Translations under genes and position numbers: made by a program
Notes under the pieces: model-generated
The model's database searches: none
The model's input: only the letters and a program-made list of their open reading frames with translations
What the model was told of the DNA's origin: nothing
DNA from: Oikopleura dioica
Taxonomy: Eukaryota; Animalia; Chordata
Assembly: GCA_907165135.1 (NCBI GenBank)
Contig: OU015569.1
Span: 7,626,001 to 7,690,000 of the forward strand
Direction: 5' to 3'
DNA length: 64,000 nucleotides
Shown here: piece after piece, positions 44,401 to 56,716 of the stretch
How the letters are laid out: each line of letters opens with the position of its first letter
How positions within the stretch are numbered: position 1 is the first letter of the stretch

Positions 44401-44839
44401 GGAGCGTGAGTGCACACCAGCTAACTGTGTCTACTCGACGGATTACACGCCTTATCCGATGTATTCACCGATATATTCGATGTACCCTTATCCAATGCCA
44501 GTACCCGTCGATCAACATGGTCTCCCTATCGGTGCTGATGACCAATCTACAGGACATTACGAATATAACGGTGTTTGGTATCCGAACACTAACTTAGAAG
44601 AGGTATTTACTCTTTTGATAGACAGCGTTTAACGACTCCTAAAGGATAATGAAATCAAGGAAGAGTCATCAAAAAAGAAGAGCGAAGAATCAAATAATAA
44701 TGGAGGCTATGCATCTCCAGCTGAGTTTAGTCCCTACGGATATCCAAGTTATTATCCAAACTGCGGAACTTACGTTCCAGCGTCGTACTCTCCTTACGGT
44801 AATTTCTACATGGCGCCGCAGCACGTCAGCGAGCATTAA
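41466..44839 (+). CDS. Musashi/DAZAP1/hnRNP A-B-like RNA-binding protein with three RRMs and a Tyr/Pro-rich tail
   Basis: RRM-a KLFVGGL...RTFGFVTF...VEVKRA; RRM-b KKLFIGGLHW...SRGFGFVVY...VDVKRA; RRM-c KVFVGGI...SYAFITF...CEVKKA; C-terminal YSP/YP-rich exons. Confidence 0.85.
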
Positions 44840-46534
44840 AAAGTACGCCAACAAACTATGCCTTCCCTAACAAGCGACTAAGTGGATGAGATTCATTTGT
44901 TCAAAAAATGACGAAGGCTTTAGTACCAAGAACCAAACCCTACACACTTCAGCGAAACCAATCTTCGCCAATTAGGATCTTAAAATTATCAAAATCTCCA
45001 ATTATCTCCTTCCTCTTCACAATTCGCGTCATTTGACCATTAGATCGAAATCGACCTCTTTCATATGACTAGTTTTTAGCTGCTTCAAACTTGATCTCGT
45101 ATTATTATCGTTAAATGATTAGCTACTGCGACTATTCCGGAGTTGCTGAACTACTGTCAATCTCCGCCCAGACAATTGCCGTTCACGGACACTTCCGTTT
45201 CACAAGTTTTATTTTTTTGGACGGCAGCACCGCCGATCACTTTGACTTCGTTCAATATCCTTTTTACTTGTGAGCTGCTTGGGCGGCAGCTCTATTTGTG
45301 TATATTTTTTCGAACCTTGTCTCTGCTATACATATTTATAAGAATTATATCAATCTTGATGCAACAGAGGAAAATCTACTGGTGCTTGGGCTTTGACACG
45401 AAGATTCTCTATTTCGTGCTGCGCTACTATTTTTTTTATATGAACAAATATCCTGAAAGAGCCCAGCCAGCCTGCCATCTTTGCTACGGCTTCACTAATT
45501 TATTAATTTCGCGATCGAGAGCAAGTGTATTTTCCCTGTTCACAGTGCTAGGTTTTCTCAAGAGACCCTTCTGCCCCAAATAACCCATAAAATCCTCTCT
45601 TACGCGCTCTCACTAAATTTGGAAAGAGTCCTTTTCGAACTTTCCTTTATCAATCAGAGATGACACCAGATTGTTGTTCTTGCGCTGATGAAGACGCAGT
45701 TATTAACAAAGTAAAACAAAGCTGAACTTATGTTGCTAATATTTATATTGAGAATATCCCTATTCACTTTTACGTCGGCTGAAAATATTCATAACTCACA
45801 AGCAAAAACTACTACTTTTGACAGTTATTCTGTTATATTTCAGTTACATTTAGCACTTCTTTTAAGTTATCCACTGGATGTAAAACAATTCCCAACTTAC
45901 TTTTTAATTTTCCGTTTCCGCCAACAAAAATGCTTTCAGTTTCAATCCTCAGAGGTCCTTACACCACCTTTTGTTTATATAATAATCATTTCCGTGCCTC
46001 AAACAAATGTCTTTCCACTGTGAGGAGAGAAGAAATTCAATTCACACAATTGACCTCAAGTAAATCGTCGGCTGGTAAGCTGTGAGTTGTGCTGATCTTT
46101 TCCTTATGTTTCCATATATGTTTCCATATCTTTCTTTATCCCTTTGATTTGCCTTTTGTGCCTCGAGTTATTTCCGATTCGCCAAAAATACAAAAAAGGA
46201 AATATTCAATTCTTCCTAGCCGCTTTTATTTCTGTTTCCTTGGGTAAAATACGTTCTCTAACTTGACATAGGGTTAATACCACGTCCCAAGTCATTTAGC
46301 TTTAGTTGTATATAGAATTGTTACTCAAATATATGCAGCCGCTTCCCTTGTTAAGTTTGTTAAAAATTTTAATATATTGCGTCGTAAGAATATCAACACG
46401 GTTAAAACATTTCACTGATAAACAAAAAATAAACGAGCTAAGATTCGTACCTGCGTTGCTTCTTTGTAATATAAATGAAGGAAAAATTAAATATTGAATT
46501 CGATGTGATGAGAATGTAATGTTTTGGCATTAGA

Positions 46535-49500
46535 ATGGGGCAGGACGATTTCTCTCCGTCGACCCAGTCGATGGCCAAGAACTTTATGTTTAAAGGCTTC
46601 GATCCTGAGGAGTACGCAAAGTCGATATCGGCGCAGTCGGACGGGGACAAAGATTTGATAGAACGCCGTGAGAACATACGGGTATTTACTTGTCGTTGGT
46701 TTGAACAGACTCACTTGCGTAGTTACTGTCCGACGAAACATCTCGCAAGCTAAAGCGGCAAGTCTACCTCAACTATCGGCAGTTTATTGAAGCTGCGCGC
46801 GAGATATCTGCGCTAGAGTCCGAAATGATCCGTATCAATCATATTCTGCAGACGCAAAAGTCGACGATGGATAATTTAACAAAACTGTTTTCGGAAGAGA
46901 CTTTTAAGGACAAGCTAGAAAGGAAATGTAATTTCGATCAATCTGAGTCGTGTTTTTCCAGCTCTTGTGGAAGGAAGTTGAAGCTCAGCAGCAGAAATCG
47001 AGTGAAGATGGAAAATCAGCCTATCGTGCGCTGAATACAATAATTTCTAAAGTCGAGGGGTGCAGTCATGTTCTGGCTCCAGGTCGATATTTGGTCCACG
47101 ATGGAGAAGTGACTGAACTCGACCAGAATGACTTTTCTGAAATCGGGAAGCTTCGTCTATTCCTTCTCAATGATTCATTAATCGTTACAAAAGCGTCAGA
47201 GGAACGTCAGCGCTCAAGAAAAGAGGCAAAACTGAAATTTCAAAATCTCTACTCACTTGAAGGATTACCCATCGTGAATGTGAAAGAGCGTGACATGGGC
47301 ACCAAAAAGAACTGCGTAAAAGTGATGAGTTTTCCTGAACCTCGCCTGTTTCAGGTAAGAAATCGACGTCTTACAGTCTTATTTCAAAAAGATTCTTTAG
47401 TGTCCGACGCCAAAGGAGAAGCGTCAATGGCTAGAAATAGTAGAAGAGACAAAAATTTCCTCCAAGACGAAAACGTCTTCTGCTGGCAACCCATCTGTCC
47501 CGCTGGCAGATGATGGAGACGATGGGAATCCATTTTCAGGAAGTTCAGATGCCTCAGATGAAGATTCTCATGTGCGTCTATCTCCCAAACAGGATTGGGG
47601 CTACTTTTTATGGTTGACTAGGCAGAAATATTGATTCATAATGTCAGCCTAAAAGCGAATTTACGAATAGTCGGATTAACTCCAGAGAAAAATGTAGCCC
47701 ATCGATAGGATTCAAACGCGGGAAATAATCTTCCTAGCTGGATCCAAGAAGCGCCAGAGGAAATCGATGTGCTTCTAGCACAACGGGACTTTGTCCAAGC
47801 TCAAAAAATTCTCCTCAAATGCGAAAAGACCCTGGCTACGGAACATCCGAAATCTTCTAACGACACTAAGCATCAACTGTCAGAAAAACGGAAAATGATC
47901 GTGGAGGTCCTCTGTGCGGAACTTTCGCCCGCCGCCGATAGATCACTACGAGCTGGTCCTAGAGGGCAACGAGTTCCTGCTCAGGATCGGTACTCGAACT
48001 TAAGTCACAAATTTTAAAAGCACTGAACAGTCTGAGAGCCATTGTAAAGCTTTTGATCCAGCTTGGAGAAGAACGGAAAGCTGCGAGACTCTTTCTTGAA
48101 TCGCGCACAGCTGCTCAAAAGTATTCGAGAAAGAATCTCGTGATGGAAGGATAGGGCATAAAACCAATGAATCATTGGCAATGATGATTACTGCAAACGA
48201 GAATTTTCTGGGCTAAGCATTAATTTTATTTATCTTTCTCCGCCCTCCTTAAGGTGACCTAGTGAGACACAACCAGAAATTTTGCCGGATTTTCTTCGAC
48301 CATATCTACGAGACCGCCAAAGAATTCAATAATGACTTTGAAAACAAGGCTGACAGTTTCTCGAGCCTGGTCGTGTGGGTTCAAGATGAACTTAGAGACT
48401 TCGTCGAACAGTTCGCTAATCAAGGTTTGAGACTAACGAAGTCATATTTTTTCAATTTATTCAAGTGTTTCTTGGCAATACAGAGCTGCTGGAACAAGCA
48501 GAGTGTGTTTGCGCCGCTCTTTCCGGATCCTCAAAGGTAATTTTCTATTAACCGACGAGAGTTAGGCTACCTGGCGCCTACTTCTCCTTCAATCACTCCT
48601 AAAAAGCGGAAACTGGCAGGGGATAATAGAGTGACTGTTGCTCTGTTCATTTTTATTTTTGAGCAAACTCTTAACAATTATAAAACTTGGATCCTCATCG
48701 GTTCAAGTGTATATTCAGGTGCTTTATGCTCAACAACATTATAATTAATTAGGCAAACAGGCGATAAACACGCAACAATATCACTCATGATAATGGAGAG
48801 TGTTTGGGCACGCGACTCTTACTGAAGTACACTAGGAAGTTTGCACTTGAGGATGCCGTCGAAACCATAACCGGTATAATTAATTGCAGATAGATCGGAA
48901 AATGTAAAAATGGATAAGATATGATATTACAGATATTATTATTACAGATATGGTATTATATTTACGTACGCATACTCATACTTTAATTTCTATCCAGTGA
49001 TTCTCGCATTTTCATAAGGCGGTGTGCCACATTTTCTTTTTTTTGGGAGAACCTTAGGTGACCATCCGGTAACCTGTTTTTTTTTTCAATTGACATAATT
49101 TATTGAAAATTTTCTGCGGTGAGGATTTTGCTTATGAAACGTCAGTGAGTAATTTTTATTGTAAGAGGTAATACGATTCTTTCAACACAGATTTTTTGTA
49201 TGGGTTTATTATTTTCTAACAGTCGATTTTTGCTTCTGGAGTGCTTTTTCGCGATAATACAGGGAAGCTTTCTGCTGTGAGTCCATTACATTTTAGTCTT
49301 CGTTTCGATTTAAAGAAATGTACAGTAAGCCATACATGTGACTCCCAGTTGTCAGTTAGTTGATGGTGGGGAGTCAAGATCGGATTCGTCAATTATGTTA
49401 GTTTTGGTAGTAGACTCATCTCCAGACTCGTCTGTCTTTTGCCGACGCCATTTCGCCCGGCGATTCTGGAACCAAGTTTTTACTTGACGCTCTGTCAAGT

Positions 49501-52199
49501 CAAGCGCGTCCGCCATTTCGCGGCGATCCTAGAAGGAATGGTGAGAGGCTTCGATTTTTAGTATTATGGGAAAAGTTTTCATGATAACAAGGAAGACTTA
49601 CTGGTGGGCTGAGATATTTTTCTGTTTCGAATTTCTCTTCAAGCTTGTTTGTTTGTTCTGTTGTGAATCTAACTTGACCACCTTTTCGACGACTTTTGCT
49701 CCAATGTGGAGAGAACGGTATCAAAGGGACTAAAAGTTTATGTCAGATTTATTAATTATTCCAGTGCATAAGTTGCCTTATTTATTGCTAATCAAAATGT
49801 TAATACTATCATTTTTCTTGTCTAAGCATTAACCTGTATTAAGTCTTTGAGGTAGCTGACTGCACATTTGATTCTGGAGGGCTATCGCCTGTATTTGTGC
49901 GTTTAATAGGTAGCTTGATACGGACGTAACATCGGGCAAGATATTCAGACCAGTTGACGGTAGGCTAAATGATCCCCGTATGAATGGGATCGTCGTGGGA
50001 GTAGCAGCCCCAGTCAGTGATGAAAGTGATGCTGTTGTGTTCGTTGGGTATGAGAGAGATCTCATGTGGATACTGTTCAGTACTTGCGAGTCCAAGGTTG
50101 ATTCCGCACTTGATTGTCTACTAGCTAAGAGATTTTCTTATTTTGTCTCTCTATAATTTCTTCCATTTATGTTTTTGATCTTATTATAACAAAAAATAAT
50201 AACTGTTATACCGATTCGCGTATAGCATCCTTTGTTCTTACACCAGATTCGGTGCTGAACCGAGTGCAAATAAAAAGTTTAAGAGACCTTTCCTATCGAG
50301 TAGCTTTTTCTTTCTTCCATTGCACTTATTTACAAAGTATCTCTTTATTGAAGAAATCGCAAAATCGAGAATAAAGACGAATTTTTAACGCTTAGCTATG
50401 ATAAGAGAACCCTATTATTTTTTGCACGATGGCGCCGCCGCACTGGAGGAGCTGATCGTGATGTCTTGATCAACAAGAGTTTTATCGGAAGGGGGCGCCC
50501 GTGCAGGCTGTGATAACTGACTACCCACTGAAGTACGCTAATAGATTGATCGATTGCAACAAAACCTAAAGTTAGTTCTGCACTTAAGTCCTTTGTGATA
50601 AAACATAGTATCGCTCATCGAATTATTTGCCGAAAAGATTGTTTTTGTACTTTTTTGGGTTGGGAACGATGCGTTATTTGCGCTGATAAATAGTGCCACC
50701 TTGTTTACACGGACAGACCAACAAAATTGAATTGTAAAAGAATAACCGTTAAGTATGATTTATATAAAGATGAATAGCTCAATAGATTGTGAATAATCCG
50801 ATTGACTAGCCAAAGGTTAGTGAGGAATGTAGAAGATCAGCTTCGGATCTGTCATCAGTTTTGAAGATAATTCAGTCAATCTCCTTAAAACCGTTCTATT
50901 AGCTTTTTCACAGTTTTTCGTCTTGTATAAAAAATACAAGACTTGAAATGTTTGTCCATCAGGCTGATACAAAGTTGCCTTTAGAAAGTTGAATTAGAGT
51001 GGTATGAGAAGCGAAGTAAAATTTGTGCACTTGAATACTCGGAAGAAGCGGAATATCGAGTGCTCAGATAAAATTAAAATGTCTCAAATGATCAAGTGAT
51101 CTATTAGTGGGGTGCCCTGCTCCCCCCGAAATGATTCAAGTAACACTTCCGCTTTTGTCGAGTAGCATCGGCACTATGCTGCTCCCTTCTAATGATCTTT
51201 GATTGATACCGCGTTAAATGAGTTGTTAGTGATGTATCGCATGAGAGGATGAGAGAGTGCATGACGGAAACCCTTTTCCGACTTACGGCTTCTATTTTTA
51301 ACCAAGTTTAGTTGCTAGAGTTATCTTTCAGACAAATTTCTCAAGAGAGAATATTCCTTTGTCATAATTCGACCTAATTCAGCATCCTTCCGACCAATTA
51401 GGGGTCAAAACGGTTTTCACTGATCAACTATTGATCGATCAGCCAGTTTCCTCCTAGAGTAAAAACTTTTAAACACGCATCCATATCCGTTATCCAGTGC
51501 TTTCAATTTTCCTCGATCAGAGCTAACTTTTTTATAGCTTTCCGAAATGGGGCTCGACGTGGAATTTCTTCTAGCACATCTGATGAGAAGGCATATTGTT
51601 GAAGCCATAATCAACCACAGAAAGTTAATATCTGATGGTACGAAATGGAAACATTCTAATGAGGAATGGAGACCTCTCAACTTACAAACGCCAACTGTAC
51701 GTACAAGAAAAGTTTATGAAAACAACGAGGAGAACTAGTCAAATTTTAAATATTTAGGCACTGGAAAAATTGAAAGAAGAAATGTCCGGGCTAAACCTAA
51801 CAACATTCAACCAATATTGCAAAGACCCTTGTTTTGTCCGTCTAACACCGACTATGATTTCTTTCGCGCGAGCATGTGTAACGCACACACAGGCGGCAAT
51901 GAAGCTCTATTCGCAGGAGCTCTACCACCCGATCGTTGACTCGATAACAGAATTACTCCGAACTGTAACACATAGTATCTCGAAGAGTATGGCAGAAGTA
52001 AGAGATCAAGAAAAAGGTACCAATTTACTTTATTATCATTAAATAATTTGGTGTAGCAAAACTAGTCCGCCGATCTGCGAAATTCCTGGCCTCTGACCTC
52101 ATTCCCGCCGTCAACAAGATTATAAAGGAAAAAACTGGGAAAGATCCGCGCTCAATACAGGAGCTCCTTCGAAATTTTCTTCAGAGCTTTCCTTCTTGA
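46535..52199 (+). CDS. EXOC8: Exocyst complex component 8 (Exo84), with a 3001-nt intron at 48537-51537
   Basis: [34 protein letters not shown] domain KVEGC...YLVHDGEV...[17 protein letters not shown], and GLDVEF...[20 protein letters not shown]...LY.QEL. Confidence 0.92.
49352..50065 (-). CDS. HHEX: Homeobox protein HHEX/Prh, nested antisense in an EXOC8 intron; an additional 5' exon near 50200-50320 is possible
   Basis: Homeodomain [29 protein letters not shown]|[29 protein letters not shown] is the HHEX signature; acidic tail follows. Confidence 0.93.
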
Positions 52200-52678
52200 A
52201 AACAGTTCAGCAATCCATTCCTAAATCCCGGTTTCTGTTATTTTTTCATCCTTCGTTCACGACTCTTCACAAAACGTACTTTTCCAAGACGAATTATTCT
52301 CACTACCATTTCCCTTCATTTTGATTTGCCTAAACATCTACTTTTATATCCGTGAATATATTGCTTATTATTTTCTAGCTAAAATTATTCAATTTATTAC
52401 CTCGTGATATGCGATTCGTGATCAGAATTGTATCATTTTTCGCATGAAGCTTTGCAACGTAGTTCATTTGCCTCAACCTGCGATTTATAACTAATAAAGC
52501 CAAAACACTCCATCTGACTTCATTATTGTTCCCCAAGAATGCTCAACAACGTTAGTCACCTATTGTATTTTTTTTCTAAAAATCAACAAAAAACTTGTTG
52601 TTCCTTGTTGATTCATTGGATAAGAGAGTGTGACAGTAACTGCTTAAATTAACTCGACGACTTAGATGGGGCAAGGCA

Positions 52679-53954
52679 ATGAGTCGGAAGCTCAATGAAG
52701 ATGAAGGGTCGAGACGTTTGAGCTCCCTTTCCAGGGCGAGTAAAATGTTCGTTATTCAGATAGGTAATATCCGATGCGTTTCTTAACAATAATACTTGCA
52801 TTAGAGGCTTTGACGGGTCAGCTGTATGAACTGCGATGCAGTTCATCTGACAGCGTGTGGAGCGTAAAAGGTGAGTCCACGCGTTCTCATAAGCTGTGAA
52901 TGAGTCTCTCTAGCCCGTCTCTCGCGCTCCGAAGGAATTCTTATCAGCCAGCAGCATTTGATTTTCGCCGGGCGCGAACTCAAGGATTCAGAGACGCTTA
53001 ACGATATCGGAGTAAAGAAAATGAGCAAAATAAGACTCGTTGTTTCAATGAGAGGAGGACCTATTAATACCAGGTTAGAAAAGAGTAGAAATTCGATTGA
53101 CTCTTTTGGCAGACTGGTGGATGAAGAGCCAGATGATAATTGTGTGCCGGTTGATGAACTCACAGAAACAGAGAACGCATTCGCTGTACTATTCGTCAAA
53201 GACGGAGAGAAAGTTAACTTCGTGAGAGTCAGTGTTACAAATGACGAAACCGCAACAACTTCCACTCCCTTCGAACAACCGCAACAAGCAACTGTCTCTA
53301 ACTCAAATCCAGATTCTATGCGGGCGCTTGAGAATCGGAGAACATATCAGGTATTCTAACTATATTTAAATATTTCTACTTTATTAAAGAAAATGCAAAT
53401 GTTGCGTTCAAAGATGAAAAATCGTCGTTCTGAAAAGCATGGTCTTCCTTCTTTGGCTTTTCCGCGTGAGGCGCAGGTAAAAAGACACAACTAGTTATTT
53501 TTCCTCCCTTGAATATTTTAAGAAAGCAGAAAAGCTCACTTCTTTGCCGCCGATTTATCCACCCGTTATGCCCGTTTCCAACATTCATTCCCAATTCTTG
53601 AGGCGTTACGGACTCGCTCCTAGTCGCGTTGATCCCGACACGACTGGAGGCGAGTCTGGTGCTTTGAATTTGAAGCCCTCTCCTCCATTGATCCCAGAAC
53701 CGCCGCCACCGAAAGCACATCGGCCACGATGTGCCAAATGTGGCAAGCGCCTTGCCTTGCACGAGCAGTATCAGTGCAAGTAAGCCTCACAAAACAAACC
53801 CGTCATTATAAAATTGAGGTGTGGACTGCAGTATTGTTCGAAACATCGTTACGCCGAAGAACATGCTTGTAAATTCGACTACGAAAAGGAAAACAAGCAG
53901 CGTTTAGCCGCCGCAAACGCCGCATTCAACGGACCCCGGCTGCCGAAAATCTAA
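52679..53954 (+). CDS. ZFAND4: AN1-type zinc finger and ubiquitin-like domain protein (ANUBL1)
   Basis: IEALTGQLYELR...SVK...EGI...QHLIFAGREL...LVVSMRGGPINTR, and C-terminal RCAKCGKRL...QCKCGLQYCSKHRYAEEHACKFDY...RLPKI*. Confidence 0.92.
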
Positions 53955-54444
53955 ATCGAGAAGTTCATTGTTCATGGAAGGCCAGTATCTGTTCAGCTTG
54001 TTGAAGGCTTATCAGTTATATCCGAATATGTTTAACTTATTCATGGAACCAGATTCTTTCGTAAATCAACTATCTGTTATTCTCAGTTTTCAACAGATTC
54101 AGTTGACCTTGTTATACATTTATTTATCATTATGTTTCACCTTAAACCTATATATCTTCAGAATTTTCTTTTGCTTATGTTCCATACCAGTTATCGTACC
54201 AAAAATTAATTCGCAAAAATTTGCGGTTATCATTGTCTGGGGTACGGGTCATCGTTATCCACCAAAAATTCATTTCTTATTAAAACAGCTCAAAACCTCG
54301 CGAGCACTTGTTTTTGCATTTCTTCTTCAGTTTTGCTCTTTCCATTATCTTTTTCAAACTCCCTTGGATGCCTTCAAAATTATATAAAAATTGTATTTTC
54401 CATCGGCTAATATCACAGTCTATTAAGAAAGCGTTTCTGCTGAA

Positions 54445-55688
54445 ATGGAGCAGAAAGATGAAAATAATCAGTCCAAGGACGTTGTCAAGTATCGAGCCTC
54501 CCTTCAAAGCTGCAGAAATTGGAACTCTCAACTGGCGAAAAATAGACGGTCCCGGATCCCGTACTTTGATTCACAGACGAATGTTGATCAGGTAAGAGCT
54601 TAATTTGCGGAAATATTACCATTTTAAAACAGGTGGAGATAGAAGAACGAACTGCTGGTCTGCGTGAACTCTCAGATAACATATCTGAAGCGTACAGATA
54701 TCCCCAGCGGCGATGGAGACGACGAAAGGACCCGACTTCCTCAAGAGCGCTGGCGGAAAACCCTGAACATGGAGTAACTTGCCTCCCAAATTGGAAAATA
54801 TTCGAAGATACACCAGAATTAAATGATGCTCATATGCAAGATGATGGTAAAGAAGAATTTTCAAGAAAGAAAGTATATTTTTAATTTAGAAGGTGATAGC
54901 GATGAAGATTTCAAGTTCAAAGGAAGAAGATCAGCTGGAGGCAGAAAACTGCCTCCTTCTAGACGATCCTCGGTCCGATCTACTCGTTTGAGCAATGACA
55001 ATCAGCGCTCTCGGCTAAAGCCTTCCATCGATGATGATTACGAAGCGTACGAGCCCCAGCATGAATGTCATATCTGTGGACATGTAAGCGTTGACAAGAG
55101 TCAGTAGCAAACTTACCAATTTTCAGAGAGTTCTGCATCAATCTTCTCTTGGATATCATATGCGGAAAGCCCATCCAGAGGCTATTGCTAAACAATCAAC
55201 CAGTACTGATCAAAGACGTCTGTTCAACAACGTCCTCAATTACGGAAAGGTAGGTGAAGTTCTTTGAAATAGATATTATACTCTCACTAAAAGTGTGATG
55301 TTTGCTCAAACGGGCCAGAAGCATCCTCTGAAGATATGTCGATGTTGGTGCAGTGCGGAGGCCCTTGCAAACGTCTTGGGCATCCTTGTAAGATTGGCTC
55401 TTACTTCGAGTTTCTCTAATATATTTTAAGTTTGCATGAATCTACCTTCCAACATCGTTAAAAACATTACTAGTTATCTATGGGAATGTCAGGACTGCAA
55501 GCATTGCTCAAAGTAAGCTTTGTCCGTTATTTCTCTGTTTGATGATTAAATATAGGTGCGGACTTGACGAAAACGACGACAAGCTTCTCTTCTGTGACGA
55601 CTGCGACCGTGGTGTCCATCTTTACTGCCTTAATCCTCCGCTGAAGAAGCCCCCGAGTGGCCAGTGGACCTGTGGAATATGCGCCTGA
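54445..55688 (+). CDS. d4/DPF family double-PHD protein (BAF45; DPF1/2/3-like)
   Basis: Requiem N-domain [16 protein letters not shown] and [11 protein letters not shown]; tandem PHD CDVC...GHPFC...[13 protein letters not shown]...[34 protein letters not shown]. Confidence 0.9.
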
Positions 55689-55982
55689 CCTGCCAGTTTG
55701 TTTACTCTTAGTTTCCCCATTCTTCGCAAAACTCTTCTCACCGTCGAACGGATAACAATCCATCGGAGACATATTCTGTCTATCAAAAACCTAATCTCAG
55801 TCAAGAGAACTCTTTCTTTATAAAAGTGCATAAGAATTGAGACAACCGAACGCTCAGGATGTGCACCTACACGAAGTCCTCTCGAATTACCATGTCTTCC
55901 AACTGAAACAGAGTCTTTTTAATAGTTCTCTCAGGGATTAAATGAAAAAATAAACAATTTTAATCGAAAACATCGCCTTAGA

Positions 55983-56661
55983 ATGGCCGCGGCTTTTCGT
56001 GCAGCTGCGATTCAACAGGCTAAGCGTGTCGGGTTTACTCAGCAGGCGTTGGATATCGCAGCAAAAGAAACCAAATTAAGGCATGTGCCATATTCGAGAA
56101 CCGCAACATAATCTTAAATACCTTAGTCCGGCCATCGCTAGTATGATGACGCCTGCTGAATTGGGAATCGAAACTTGCATATGTTTAAACGACTTGACTC
56201 TTGACTACTTGGCTGGAAAAAAAATCGGCGAAATTCCAGTCAGCTGGATAAATGAAACGCATCTTCCTTCAACGTTGAGCAACAACCTTACGGCAGCGTT
56301 ACAACTACGATACGCTTTGTTATTGCCATTTAAGCCACACTGGGCGGAAGCACGGGCGAGTATGATTGTTGATTTGCCTAATATGCCCAAGAATTCAAAA
56401 TTGCTGGGCAAATTTATTGATGATTTAATGTATTCTTGTGGCGATGAGAGCGTTGATTTTCAGGCTGGTTCGTAAGAATATTTTCTTACAATTGTTGATA
56501 CAAGTGTTACTGAACCGATCGCAAAGTTCCACGTAAAAAGAGCGTCTCTTCTGAAAATCTTCGTTGCAAGCGATCTCGTTTTTATTCAAGATGAATCTGA
56601 AGAAATACAAGAAACGCGGCGTTTTATCGAAAGACAAATTGCTATGTACAATTTTTCCTAA
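55983..56661 (+). CDS. COQ9: Ubiquinone biosynthesis protein COQ9, short form
   Basis: GFTQQAL..AA...LSPA.ASM, LQLRYALLLPF..HWAEA, IDDLMYSCGDESVDF, KRASLLKIF...DLVFIQDESEE..ETRRFIERQI. The first intron is GC-AG (56081-56126). Confidence 0.8.
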
Positions 56662-56716
56662 AAAACTGAAAACATTTAGCTAAAATGCTATATTGATAGT
56701 AACATTTTAGCTTTAG

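Noticed and set aside
45143-45583. 146-aa plus-strand ORF
   Set aside because: It has a non-ATG start, AT-rich hydrophobic UTR-like composition and no homology; probably 3' UTR or intergenic sequence of the RRM gene.
48916-48965. Short ATATTACAG-type tandem repeat in the EXOC8 intron
   Set aside because: Only 2-3 degenerate copies of low-complexity sequence.
56464-56526. Second GC-AG intron in COQ9
   Set aside because: A canonical gtaag...caag intron (56472-56504) also restores the frame and is more parsimonious.
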